From Gemmatimonadales bacterium (GTDB lineage Bacteria > Gemmatimonadota > Gemmatimonadetes > Gemmatimonadales > GWC2-71-9), in assembly GCA_038240975.1 (NCBI GenBank), contig JBBRGF010000001.1, positions 1 to 59,262 of the forward strand: a stretch of DNA of 59,262 nucleotides, read 5' to 3'. Made by a program: the position numbers and the translations under genes. This document shows, piece by piece, positions 45,058-56,151 of this stretch. Within the stretch, counting starts at the first letter, position 1. Each line of letters starts with the position of its first letter. The notes under the pieces are model-generated. The model was not told the origin of the DNA. It saw nothing but the letters and a program-made list of their open reading frames with translations, and did not search any database.

Positions 45058-46713
45058 CTACATGAGACGGTACTTGGGGCCGCTTCCACCCTCACGGGGT
45101 GTCCATCGCGGACCCAGCACGTCGGTGGCCTTGCAGTCGACGCAGTTCGGAGGGTTGACCCTGAGCTCGTCACCCACACGCTCGTATACGCCCGCCGGGC
45201 ACATATGCGCGTAAAAGTCGGCCGTTTCGGGCGGCACGTCGTGCCCGACGATCAGGTGCGAGGGGATCGTGTCTCGGGTGGCGTTTCCCGATTTGAACAC
45301 CGCATCCAGCTTGCCGAACGTAAGCGTGCCGTCGGGCGTGAACGCGGGCGGCTGGGTCACGCGCCGCGGCATGGCGGCGTCTTCGGGCATGTCGATCTTT
45401 CCGCCGGGAAAGCGGCCACCGGTGAGGGTCATCAATCCCGCCTTCACGCCGCCGGCCCAGAAGCCGTCCTTGAAGGCGAGCCTCATGTTCCGGGTGCGAT
45501 GCATGTCGGCCACGATATAGCTGCCCTCGACCATGCGGTCGTAGGCCGAAAGGGCCGCGCCCGTCACGTCGCCGGTCTTGAGTGCGGCGAAGGCCGTGCG
45601 AGCGGCAAATATGCCCGACTGCATAGCGTAATGGATTCCCTTGAGCGAGGGAACGTCGACGAACCCCACGGTGTCACCTGCCAGCATAATTCCGTCGCCA
45701 CTTTTCCGTTCGGGCAGGGCGTAGTACCCGCCTTCGGGGATGGTCTTGGCCCCCCACTCGAGCAGGTGTCCGCCCTCGAGCTGACTGCGGAAGAGCGAGT
45801 GGAGCTTGAGCCGCTGGAGAAGCTCGTGGATATCGAGCGCGGCGTCGTGATAGTCGAGCCCGACGACCAGCCCCAACGCGACCTGGTTGGAGCCGAGCGG
45901 GTACATGAAGCTCCCGCCGAATGCGTCGGTGGGAAGCGGCCAGCCGAGGGTATGGATCACGGCATCGAGCGGGCGGCTGGTCTCCCATACCTCCTTGACG
46001 CCGAGCGCGAAGAGCTGGGGATTGGCCGACCCGACGCGCTGCCACTCGCGCCACGCCTGCCCCAGCGTCCCGCGCGTCCCTTCCGCCACTACCGTTACCC
46101 TGGCCGCCAGATCGGTGGGCTCCGTGAAGGCGGCGGTGGGCTCCCGATTTCGGTCGAGACCCGAGGGCGTGGTGCGAACGCCGCGCACCGCGGAGCCCTC
46201 GACCAGCAGCGCATCGGCGGGAAAGCCGGTGAAGAGATTGATCCCAAGCGCCTCTGCCTGCTGCCCCAGCCACCGCACGATTTCGCAGAGCGACGCCGTG
46301 TAATAGCCGGAGTTGTGCATCGTCGGAGGCGTGGGAATCCTCTGCGCGCGGCCTTCGGTCAGCAGATAGACCGCTTCACCGGTCACCGGCACTCGGAATG
46401 GAAAATTCTCTATGGCAAGCTCGGGAAAGAGCTCGCGGAACGCGCGGGGATTCACGACCGCCCCCGAGAGACTGTGCTCACCCAGGCTCTCCGCTTTCTC
46501 CAGCACACCGATGGCGAGGTCGGACATACCACCTCCGCTTTCCTGCTCGCGCTTGACGAGCCTTGCCAGCTCGATGGCGCAAGCCAGTCCGGCGGGCCCG
46601 GCCCCTACGATCAGCACGTCCATCTCGATCGCCTCGGCGCCGGGGGCGTCGCGCAGGATGAGACGGTCGAGGGGGAGTGGCGGCTGATGACGGGCCGGCA
46701 GGATGGAAGACAC
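45058..46713 (-). CDS. electron-transfer flavoprotein:ubiquinone oxidoreductase
   Basis: 551-aa ORF with the FAD fold DVLIVGAGPAGLACAIEL and a C-terminal 4Fe-4S region CPAGVYE...NPPNCVDCKATDV. Confidence 0.9.
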   Translation of the reverse strand: MSSILPARHQPPLPLDRLILRDAPGAEAIEMDVLIVGAGPAGLACAIELARLVKREQESGGGMSDLAIGVLEKAESLGEHSLSGAVVNPRAFRELFPELAIENFPFRVPVTGEAVYLLTEGRAQRIPTPPTMHNSGYYTASLCEIVRWLGQQAEALGINLFTGFPADALLVEGSAVRGVRTTPSGLDRNREPTAAFTEPTDLAARVTVVAEGTRGTLGQAWREWQRVGSANPQLFALGVKEVWETSRPLDAVIHTLGWPLPTDAFGGSFMYPLGSNQVALGLVVGLDYHDAALDIHELLQRLKLHSLFRSQLEGGHLLEWGAKTIPEGGYYALPERKSGDGIMLAGDTVGFVDVPSLKGIHYAMQSGIFAARTAFAALKTGDVTGAALSAYDRMVEGSYIVADMHRTRNMRLAFKDGFWAGGVKAGLMTLTGGRFPGGKIDMPEDAAMPRRVTQPPAFTPDGTLTFGKLDAVFKSGNATRDTIPSHLIVGHDVPPETADFYAHMCPAGVYERVGDELRVNPPNCVDCKATDVLGPRWTPREGGSGPKYRLM

Positions 46714-46785
46714 GACAGCGGACTCCTCGGAGGCCTGGGGAAGTCGGGGGCGAAGCGGCGGAAATATAACCGCGCCGATGGAGCG

Positions 46786-48072
46786 CTACGCCGCGGCATT
46801 CCTCCGTGCGGCCACGAGGTATACCGGATAGCTGACCGCGAGAAGCGCGAGCGACCAGAGGCTGTTGCGGGTGTCGCCGACGCACTGGCCCACCAGAAAC
46901 GCGACCGAACCCACGAGGGCGATACCTGTGGTCCAGGGGTAGCCCCAGGCGCGGTACGGCCGTGGCGTGTCGGGCTCGCGGCGCCGCAGGACGAACACCG
47001 ATACGAACGAAAGCAGGTAGTTGGCGACGAAGAAGAAGGCGAGGAGTGAGAGCGCACTGTCGAAGGTGCCGGTGGCGATGAACGCGAGCGCCACGCCCGT
47101 GCTCGCGAGCGTGGCCACCGTCGGTGTTCCCCCCGGGTTCACCTGGCTCACGGAGGCGGGCATGAGTCCGTCGCGTGACATCGCCAGGATCACACGCGGC
47201 GCCATGAGCTGGCAAGCGCTCACCGCGCCCAGCGCCGACACGATCATGATGGTCCGTATGACCGTGTCGCCGGAGGGGCCGAACACCACGGTGGCGGCGC
47301 TCCCGGCCACGAACGGGTCTCCGGCCATCCTGGAGATCGGGAGGACGTACATGATCGCGAGGTTGATGAGAAGGTAGATCGCGATGATGAACAGCACCCC
47401 ACCCGCCATCGCCCGCGGGATGTCCCGCCCCGGGTCGCGCACTTCCCCGCTGAAGTACACCATGCCGTTCCAGCCGTCGTACGTGTAGATCACGCCCTGC
47501 AGCGCCAGAACGATCGCCGTGGCGAGCGCCCCGCCGGCAGGCACGGCGACGGGGGCCGTGTCCCGAGCCGGGGATCCCATGACGAAGCATGCGACGACGA
47601 GCACCGCCAGCGCGAGGGCTTTGAGAAGACTCAGGAGCTGTTGCCCCCGGTCTCCCCATCGGATCCCTCGCCAATAGAGCGCTGCGAAGCCGCACACGAC
47701 CGCCGCGGCTACGACGGGTCCGCGCCCCGCCGCCGCGGGAGCCAGCACTCCCAGGTATTCCCCGATGACCATCGCGATCGCCGCCGCCGTTCCGGCCGTC
47801 GAGATCCAGTCGCTCCAGCCGACGACGAATCCCGCATAGCCTCCCAGGGCGCGGCGGACGAACACGTACTGTCCCCCTGACTGGGGAATCATCGCACCGA
47901 GCTCCGCGACCGAGACGGCCCCGAGCAGGGCGTAGATCCCGCCGGCGATCCATACGCCAAGGAAGAGAAATGGAGTCGGAAGGTGCTCGGCGATGGCTCC
48001 AGGTGTCCGGAGAATGCCGACGCCTATGGTATTGCCGATGATGACGGCGACCCCGAACGCGGCGCCGAGCAC
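46786..48072 (-). CDS. APC-superfamily amino-acid permease
   Basis: 428-aa polytopic ORF with a GTG start and N-terminus ...VAVIIGNTIGVGILRTPG. An in-frame TGA lies 21 codons upstream of the GTG, so the ORF cannot extend beyond it. Confidence 0.8.
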   Translation of the reverse strand: MLGAAFGVAVIIGNTIGVGILRTPGAIAEHLPTPFLFLGVWIAGGIYALLGAVSVAELGAMIPQSGGQYVFVRRALGGYAGFVVGWSDWISTAGTAAAIAMVIGEYLGVLAPAAAGRGPVVAAAVVCGFAALYWRGIRWGDRGQQLLSLLKALALAVLVVACFVMGSPARDTAPVAVPAGGALATAIVLALQGVIYTYDGWNGMVYFSGEVRDPGRDIPRAMAGGVLFIIAIYLLINLAIMYVLPISRMAGDPFVAGSAATVVFGPSGDTVIRTIMIVSALGAVSACQLMAPRVILAMSRDGLMPASVSQVNPGGTPTVATLASTGVALAFIATGTFDSALSLLAFFFVANYLLSFVSVFVLRRREPDTPRPYRAWGYPWTTGIALVGSVAFLVGQCVGDTRNSLWSLALLAVSYPVYLVAARRNAAA

Positions 48073-48169
48073 ACGAAGGAGTTGGCCGGTCCGGCGCGGC
48101 GGATCGGCGACGTGGGACAGGGCCAGAAGACCTCACGATGGATTTGAGCCGTCACTACCTTACAGCGCC

Positions 48170-49432
<1,263 letters not shown>

Positions 49433-49437
49433 TGGGC

Positions 49438-50736
49438 TTACAACCACCCGCCCCTGAAGCCGGCGCGCCTCAGACCGCGCACGAGATGGGGGCATTCGCG
49501 CAGCAGCCGCCAGATGAGGCCGCTTCGGAAATTCTCCACCATCAGCACGATTGGTCCCTGATTGAGCCCGAAGTGCCAGCGAGAGATCCAGCCGTTCGGG
49601 CTATCCTCCTGCTCGAACGTCGGATTGAACGTGGCCTTGAAGCCATACTTCTCATCCCGGGCGAGCTTGAGATTGTCGATCATGTGGTGAATCGCCGGGA
49701 GCACGAGGTCCGGCGCGAACGGCAGGGACGCGACCACCGCCCAGGGAGCGAGCGTCCCGTCATCGGGGCCGAATGGCACTCCCCGCGCGATGTAGTCGTA
49801 GAAGCGGCGCTCCACGCCATCCACGTGCCGCACCACCGGTCCCGGCCCGTCGCTCGCGGTGATGCCCCAGCAGTTCCGGTCGTAAAACGCGAAGCCGTTC
49901 GGGTTGCGCATGGCGTACTCACGCTGGACCACCGTCGCCCGCCGGCTGTTCTCGAAGTAATCGAGACCGCGCTCACGAACGTAACGGTCCTGGATACCCC
50001 GGAAGTCCACCCAGAGGTGGGATAGCTGATGGATGAAGAGCGGGCCGGCATAGATGTACTCCACTCCGTAAATCCGCTTCCATGCGTAGGACGACAGCCA
50101 GGCCTCGTAGGATTCCGCGGGCAACGCGTACGTGGGCGAGCCAAGGCCGAGCAGGTAGAGGAGCAGCGCCTCGTCATATCCTTGCCAGCGGTAGCGCAGA
50201 AATCCCTTCAGCGGCTTCCATCCATGGGTGACGGTGGCTCCGCCGTTCTGTGCCCACCGCCAGTCGGTGCGGCAGTACAATTCATCGGCCAGCGTCCGGA
50301 TCTGGACCTCCGTCTCGGCGTCACCGCCGAAGTATTGGGCCGCCGTGAGGGCGCCGGCCAGGAGCAGTGCCGTGTCGACTGTCGACAGCTCCGACCGCCA
50401 CGCCCGGCGGCCGGTCTCCATGTCCAGGAAGTGGTAGTAGAATCCTCGGTGACCGGTCGCATCGTCCTCGGGCCCTTGCGGGCTCTCACGAAAGAAGCGC
50501 AGCGTGGCGATCGTGCGCTCGGCGGCCTCCTCACGGGAGATGAACTTGCGCTCCACCCCTACGGGATACGACGCCAGGGCGAGGCCGGTCGCGGCGATCG
50601 AGCACGGCCAGCCCAGGCGCGTCTTGTCGGCGACCAGACCGTTGACGGGATTCACCTCCTTGAGGAAGTAGCGAAACGCCTGCTGCTGGAGATGATGCAG
50701 CATCGCCTCGTCCGCGGCCTGCTCGCCGGGACTCAT
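49438..50736 (-). CDS. PF10091 'putative glucoamylase' / GH144-like (beta-1,2-glucanase family) protein
   Basis: Internal ATG (codon 57) of ORF 49438..50904, forming an ATGA overlap with the GH39 stop. (alpha/alpha)6-like pattern: STVDTALLLAGALTAAQYF and NCWGITASDGP. No signal peptide. Confidence 0.6.
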   Translation of the reverse strand: MSPGEQAADEAMLHHLQQQAFRYFLKEVNPVNGLVADKTRLGWPCSIAATGLALASYPVGVERKFISREEAAERTIATLRFFRESPQGPEDDATGHRGFYYHFLDMETGRRAWRSELSTVDTALLLAGALTAAQYFGGDAETEVQIRTLADELYCRTDWRWAQNGGATVTHGWKPLKGFLRYRWQGYDEALLLYLLGLGSPTYALPAESYEAWLSSYAWKRIYGVEYIYAGPLFIHQLSHLWVDFRGIQDRYVRERGLDYFENSRRATVVQREYAMRNPNGFAFYDRNCWGITASDGPGPVVRHVDGVERRFYDYIARGVPFGPDDGTLAPWAVVASLPFAPDLVLPAIHHMIDNLKLARDEKYGFKATFNPTFEQEDSPNGWISRWHFGLNQGPIVLMVENFRSGLIWRLLRECPHLVRGLRRAGFRGGWL

Positions 50737-52025
50737 CGCTCGAGGGTGATCGCCGCGACCGCATGAGGCAGCAGATCCACCTCCAGGCGCAGGCTTCCGT
50801 CCTCCAGCGTGCAGGGATGCGGCTGGGGGCTCAGGACCGCCGCCGCCTCGAGGGCACTCACTGCAGTGGGCGACAGGTATTCCGGTGCACCCATCTCGGT
50901 CCATTGGCGATAAGGGTTGACGTGGTCGTCGTCGATTCTGACGATGCCGGCGGAGCGAGGGGCGGCGGGCAGGCCTTCGAGCTGGACCAAGACGATCTCC
51001 CGCGCGATGGGATGGCGCGGCAAGGCGTGGTTCGTCAGGACCACCGTGATGTTCCGGTCGCCCCGCGCCACCCAGGCATCGACCGTCGCATGGCTGCCCT
51101 CGACCGGAAGCAGCTCCGTTCCCAGGCGATGCAGGATGAGGTATGCCGAGTAGGTCGGCTTCGGTATGCCGTGCAGGTTCAGCAGGCCGAAACCGCCGTG
51201 GAATGGCACGCTGGCAAAGTAGTTCTCAGCGAACACGTCAGTGAACGCCCAGAAGCTGTAGCCTTCGGCCAGGCCGTTCGTTTCAAGAACGGTTTTCACC
51301 ACGAAGGCCGCGGCGTAGGGCTGATCGTGCAGGAGGTCTCTCGAGTTCGACGACGTGTTCCATTCGGTGTAGTACAGTGACCGGCCCCGCGCTCGGTCCC
51401 GGGCGGCTTGCGTCTCCTCGCGCATGGCGCCGCGGTGGCTCTTGGCCAGCTGGGTGATCGTATCGTCACCCGGCGCGCCGAAGGCGTCGGTCGGATAGTG
51501 GTGCGTGCTGACGAAATCGGCCGCGAGGTGCTTGTCCTCGCAAAAATCCAGGAACTCGGTGATCCATTCGTTCTTGGCGGAGGCCGGACCACCGACCCGG
51601 AGTGCCGAATCGATGCCCTTGATGGCCTGCACGGTGTGCCGGTAGAGGTTGAAGTAGTCTTCCCGAGTGCCCGTCCAGAAGGTGCGGAGGTTTGGTTCGT
51701 TCCACACCTCGAAGAACCATTCCCGCACCTCGGCGATTCCATAGCGATCGACCCAGTGGCGGACCAGCTTCCCAATGAGAGTCGCCCACTCGCGATAGTC
51801 GCGCGGCGGCGTGACGTTTCCCTGATAGCGGAAGACGGTCGTCGTTCCCGACGCAAGCGTGGCCGGCATGAAGCTCAGCTCCACAAAGGGCCTCATGCCT
51901 ATGGACAGAAGAAAATCGACGATGCTGTCGCCGTTGAAGAATGAGTAGAGCAGTTTCCCCTGCTGGCAGGTCAACGTTCCCATCTTGTCCGAGAGGATGC
52001 CGTGGAAGCGCACGTGGCAGATCAC
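50733..52025 (-). CDS. GH39-family glycoside hydrolase (beta-xylosidase-like), apparently lacking ~45-50 N-terminal residues (possible 5'-truncated remnant)
   Basis: 430-aa ORF with a GTG start. RFHGIL..., PFVELSFMP, and WFFEVWNEPNL (acid/base Glu region). The ORF begins at the strand-2 motif. An in-frame stop lies 15 codons upstream. Confidence 0.7.
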   Translation of the reverse strand: MICHVRFHGILSDKMGTLTCQQGKLLYSFFNGDSIVDFLLSIGMRPFVELSFMPATLASGTTTVFRYQGNVTPPRDYREWATLIGKLVRHWVDRYGIAEVREWFFEVWNEPNLRTFWTGTREDYFNLYRHTVQAIKGIDSALRVGGPASAKNEWITEFLDFCEDKHLAADFVSTHHYPTDAFGAPGDDTITQLAKSHRGAMREETQAARDRARGRSLYYTEWNTSSNSRDLLHDQPYAAAFVVKTVLETNGLAEGYSFWAFTDVFAENYFASVPFHGGFGLLNLHGIPKPTYSAYLILHRLGTELLPVEGSHATVDAWVARGDRNITVVLTNHALPRHPIAREIVLVQLEGLPAAPRSAGIVRIDDDHVNPYRQWTEMGAPEYLSPTAVSALEAAAVLSPQPHPCTLEDGSLRLEVDLLPHAVAAITLER

Positions 52026-52067
52026 ACTGAAACCGAGGCATGGCCCGCTCCGCCATCGAGGACGAGT

Positions 52068-53246
52068 TCAGCAAGAGATGAATGGAACGGAGTCAGCAGC
52101 TCGGCCCCCCAGGGCGGTGACGGCTACCATGTCGCAGTGCCGCAGCCCTCCAAAGCCATCGATGTAGATCGCGGGCTCGACGTTGAAGACCATCCCCGCT
52201 TCGAGCACATCCTCGGATTCAGGATGGATCCGCGGGCGAGCGTTATGGTCGATCGCGGCGAATCCCACGCCGTGGCCGGTGGCATGTTTGAACCCGTGAC
52301 CGAAGTCGCGAGCCTCGAGAGCCTCGCGCGCGGCGGCGTCCACGGCCGAGGCGTACGCACCTGGCCGGATCGCCGCCAGGGCGGCCTCGCGTGCCGCGAA
52401 GACGGCCTCGTACATTGCCCCCTGTCGCATGCCAGGCTCGCCAACGCAATAGGTACGGGTGACGTCGGTCCAGTACCCGTCGACGTAGGAGTTACAGTGG
52501 AGAAGAAGAAAGTCGCCGGCCGCTGCCCGCCTCCCTGCCGATCGGGCGTAGGCTGCGTACGCTCCGGCGGAGTTCGGGCCGGACATGCAGAACGTGAACC
52601 CCCCGGAACGCGCTGCGGAAAGTTCCTCGTTCGACCGGGCCAGCGGCTCGCGAAACCCGTCGGCGATCTCGGTTTCGCGCAGGCCGCACCTTACGCAGCT
52701 GCGACCGATCTCATATGCCGTGCCCACAACGGTACACGCGGCCCGGATACGCGCGAGCTCTCCGGGCGTCGGGATCGAGCGCAGACCGGCGAGCATCTCG
52801 TCCGCGGGCGCGAGGGAGGCCCCCACGCCGTGCCGGAGCGGTGGGTGTAGTGCGTCGCGATAGAAGTGCATCCCCACGTACGTGCACGGCTCGACGTGGG
52901 GGCCGGTCTCGACGCCCACCCGCCTCCCCTTCAAACCCAGGGATTCGAGCAACCCGGAGAACGGCCGGCCGGCGGCGCCGGCGGCGGTCTGGATGTCGTC
53001 GAGGGACCCGGCGTCGAACAGTACGACCTCATCCGCCCACCCCCGTTCCACGAGGTCCTTCTCGTCCCGGGGGGCAACGAGACCGACGCGTCCGGCGGCC
53101 GTCGCCACGGCTATGGCGGTCCCGACAACCGGCCAGTAGCCGGTGAGAAGCAGCACGTTGCCCGGGAGCGAGCACACCACGGCATCGAGGCCGTTCAGTT
53201 CGAGAGCCAGCGTGATGCGCGAAACCCGCTCGTTATCGCGCGCCAC
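52068..53246 (-). CDS. M24-fold (creatinase/prolidase-like) protein with substituted metal-ligand positions
   Basis: 392-aa ORF with the pita-bread motifs GDFLLLHCNSYVDGYWTDVTRT, HATGHGVGF, GMVFNVEPAIY and GGLRHCDMVAVT. Confidence 0.8.
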   Translation of the reverse strand: MARDNERVSRITLALELNGLDAVVCSLPGNVLLLTGYWPVVGTAIAVATAAGRVGLVAPRDEKDLVERGWADEVVLFDAGSLDDIQTAAGAAGRPFSGLLESLGLKGRRVGVETGPHVEPCTYVGMHFYRDALHPPLRHGVGASLAPADEMLAGLRSIPTPGELARIRAACTVVGTAYEIGRSCVRCGLRETEIADGFREPLARSNEELSAARSGGFTFCMSGPNSAGAYAAYARSAGRRAAAGDFLLLHCNSYVDGYWTDVTRTYCVGEPGMRQGAMYEAVFAAREAALAAIRPGAYASAVDAAAREALEARDFGHGFKHATGHGVGFAAIDHNARPRIHPESEDVLEAGMVFNVEPAIYIDGFGGLRHCDMVAVTALGGRAADSVPFISC

Positions 53247-56151
53247 GATCCAACGCCAGTTTGATGACCTGCGCCAGGTGCAGGGGCCTGCGGCTGGTTC
53301 GCTGGAGAATCTGCTCGTGGCAACTGAAGCCGTCGGCGATGATCAATGTGTCGTCTCCGACCTCGCGGACCGCGGGGAGGAGCACTCTCTCGCCGCAGGC
53401 GACCGAGACGTCGTAGTGATCGCCACGCTCGAACCCGAACGCTCCCGCCATGCCGCAGCAGCCGGACTCGGGACTCCGGTAGTCGAGCTGCATCCGCTCG
53501 AGCAGCGCCTCTTCATCTTCCATTCCCATCAGCGACTTGTGATGACAATGTCCGTGTACCAGCGCCTGACGGTCCAATGCGGGAATCCGGTAGTCGGCAG
53601 CCTTCCGCTGGAGGAATTCGCTCAACAGAAAGACCTGCCCGGTCAAGCGGCGCGCGTCCTCGTCGTTGGGAAAGAGGTTTGCCAGCTCATCGCGGAATAC
53701 CGCGCAACAGCTCGGCTCGAGCACCACGAAGGGGATGCCGGCACGAATCTGGGGGCGCATGATGCGAAGAGTCCGATGCAGCCATCGCTCCGCCATGTCG
53801 AGGAAGCCATAGTCGTAGAGAGGGCGGCCGCAGCACATGTCCTGGTCGGGCACGAGAACACGGAAACCGGCATCCTCGAGGACCTCGACCGCGGCGATGG
53901 CGACATCGGGATGGAAATAGTTGTTGAAGGTGTCGGGCCAGAGCACGACGGGGTTGCCCGATGAGTTCCGGGCCTCATGAGTTCGGAACCACGCCTTGAA
54001 ACTTCGCGGCGCGAAGGGTGGGAGCCTCCGTTCGCGTGCAACGCCGGCGAGCCATTTGGCGACATCCCTGAACGGCGGTGTTTGAGAGAAGAAATTGGCC
54101 AGCATGGGAGCCGTGCCGGCCAAGCGCGACCAGACATGGACCCAACCGAACGCGTAGGCGTGCCGGGGCCGAAGCCTTCCCTTGTAATAGTGCGACAGGA
54201 ACTCGGCCTTGTACGTGGCCATGTCCACGTTGACCGGGCAATCGCTCCGGCATCCTTTGCAGGCAAGACAGAGGTCGAGCGCATCCTTGACCGCCTCATT
54301 CTTCCATCCGCCCTGCACCACGCCCCCGTTGAGCATCTCCCAGAGGAGGCGTGCCCGGCCGCGGGTGGAGTGCCTCTCTTCCCTGGTCGCCATGTAGCTG
54401 GGGCACATTGTCCCGCCTCCCTCCCGGCGGCACTCACCGATGCCCACACACCGCAAAACTGCCCGAGTGAAGCTGGACCGGTCGTGCGGATACGTGAAGT
54501 GCGTCCGGAGTACCGGGGGATCGTAGCCGGTGCCAAGACGGAGGTTGTCGGTGATCGAATAGGGATCGACCACCTTGCCGGGGTTCATCTTCCCGTAGGG
54601 GTCCCAGATCGACTTGAATTCCCGGAACGCCCGCACCAGACGCTCGCCGAACATCTTCGGGAGGAACTCTGCACGGGATTGTCCGTCACCGTGCTCGCCC
54701 GAGAGGGAGCCGCCGTATTTCACCACCAGGGTGGTGGCCTCGTCCATGAACGAGCGATATTTTCTGATGCCCTTGGCTGTATAGAGATCGAAGGCGATTC
54801 GGCAGTGCACGCACCCCTGTCCCAGGTGCCCATAGAGTGAGGTCGTGTAGTCGTACCTGGCCAGCAGATCCCTGAAGTCACGCAGGTACGCGCCGATCTT
54901 TGCCGGCGGCACCGCCGAATCCTCCCATCCCTCCCAGGTATCCGGTCGGCCCGGCACCCAGGCGGTCGAGCCCAGACCGCCTTCGCGGACCTTCCAGATC
55001 ATTTCCTCTTCCACCGAGTTGTCATAGAGCTTCATCGAAGGTGGATTGCTGCCGCGCCCGAGCTCGTCCATCAGACGGCGAGCCTGGTCGTCGGAGTCCT
55101 GTTTGGTCTCGCCGCCGAATTCCACGAGGAGCCATCCATTGCCGGGTGGCAACAGGGCGAGGTTGGCGCGTTTGTCGCCCTTATCGCGAACCCATTCGAA
55201 GAGAAGCTTGTCGATCCCCTCCAGTGCTGTGGGCTCGTACTGGAGAACCTCCATGACGTGGTCGCCGGCGGTGAACACGTCGGGGTAGCCGAGGATGAGG
55301 AGCGACCGCGCGGGAGGACTGTGCACCAGGCGCAGGCTGGCCTCGAGAATCGTGACGCAGGTGCTCTCGGTGCCGACCAGCGCGCGGGCCAGGTTGAAGC
55401 CGTTCTCCGGCAGCAGCTCGTCCAGGTTGTAGCCTGACACTCTCCGCGGCAGCTCGGGGAATCGTTGCCGGATCTCGTCGGCATACTCGTCTCGGAGCGC
55501 CTTGAGGGCAGCGTAGATCTGTCCGCGCCGGCCGCCGGCGCCGATGATCGTCTCGAGCTCACGTGGCTCCGTCGGTCCCACTCTCATCCCGGTACCGTCG
55601 TAGGTCATGATCGTCATCGCCTCGGTATTGTCCGAGGTCCGCAGACCGGTACCCTCCTTCGAGCAGAGCAGCGAGTGCACGCCGCAGGAGTTGTTGCCCA
55701 GCATGCCACCGAGGGTGCAGTGGGTATGAGTGGATGGATCGGGTCCGAAGGTGAGCCCATGAGGCTCCGCCGCGCGACGGAGGTCGTCGAGCACGCACCC
55801 CGGCTCCACGCGGGCGAGCCGCTGCCCGGGATCGATATCGATGACCCGGTGCATGTACTTCGAGAAATCGAGCACTACCGCCACGTTGCAGCATTGCCCC
55901 GCGAGGCTGGTGCCGCCGCCCCGTGAGAGGATCGGCGCGCCGTACTCCCTCGCAGCGGCCATCGCATGGATCACATCGTCGGTGTCCCGGGGGATGACCA
56001 CGCCGATCGGAACCTGGCGATAGTTGGAGCCGTCGGTCGCATAGAGCGCCCGGCTGCCCGCGTCGAACCGGACCTCGCCGCGGATGCTGCGCCGGAGCTC
56101 CGCCGCGAGCCCCCCGGCATCGACATCCGTCGAGGTGATCTGCTCGCCCAT
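53233..56151 (-). CDS. FAD-binding (PCMH-type) + Fe-S/CCG-domain oxidoreductase, YdiJ-like (GlcD-GlcF fusion; D-2-hydroxyacid dehydrogenase family)
   Basis: 972-aa ORF with an N-terminal FAD-linked oxidase domain (PILSRGGGTSLAGQ), the ferredoxin-type cluster motif CLACKGCRSDCP, and C-terminal Cys-rich CCG repeats (MCCGRPLY, SGCCGMAGAFG). Confidence 0.85.
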   Translation of the reverse strand: MGEQITSTDVDAGGLAAELRRSIRGEVRFDAGSRALYATDGSNYRQVPIGVVIPRDTDDVIHAMAAAREYGAPILSRGGGTSLAGQCCNVAVVLDFSKYMHRVIDIDPGQRLARVEPGCVLDDLRRAAEPHGLTFGPDPSTHTHCTLGGMLGNNSCGVHSLLCSKEGTGLRTSDNTEAMTIMTYDGTGMRVGPTEPRELETIIGAGGRRGQIYAALKALRDEYADEIRQRFPELPRRVSGYNLDELLPENGFNLARALVGTESTCVTILEASLRLVHSPPARSLLILGYPDVFTAGDHVMEVLQYEPTALEGIDKLLFEWVRDKGDKRANLALLPPGNGWLLVEFGGETKQDSDDQARRLMDELGRGSNPPSMKLYDNSVEEEMIWKVREGGLGSTAWVPGRPDTWEGWEDSAVPPAKIGAYLRDFRDLLARYDYTTSLYGHLGQGCVHCRIAFDLYTAKGIRKYRSFMDEATTLVVKYGGSLSGEHGDGQSRAEFLPKMFGERLVRAFREFKSIWDPYGKMNPGKVVDPYSITDNLRLGTGYDPPVLRTHFTYPHDRSSFTRAVLRCVGIGECRREGGGTMCPSYMATREERHSTRGRARLLWEMLNGGVVQGGWKNEAVKDALDLCLACKGCRSDCPVNVDMATYKAEFLSHYYKGRLRPRHAYAFGWVHVWSRLAGTAPMLANFFSQTPPFRDVAKWLAGVARERRLPPFAPRSFKAWFRTHEARNSSGNPVVLWPDTFNNYFHPDVAIAAVEVLEDAGFRVLVPDQDMCCGRPLYDYGFLDMAERWLHRTLRIMRPQIRAGIPFVVLEPSCCAVFRDELANLFPNDEDARRLTGQVFLLSEFLQRKAADYRIPALDRQALVHGHCHHKSLMGMEDEEALLERMQLDYRSPESGCCGMAGAFGFERGDHYDVSVACGERVLLPAVREVGDDTLIIADGFSCHEQILQRTSRRPLHLAQVIKLALDRGAR

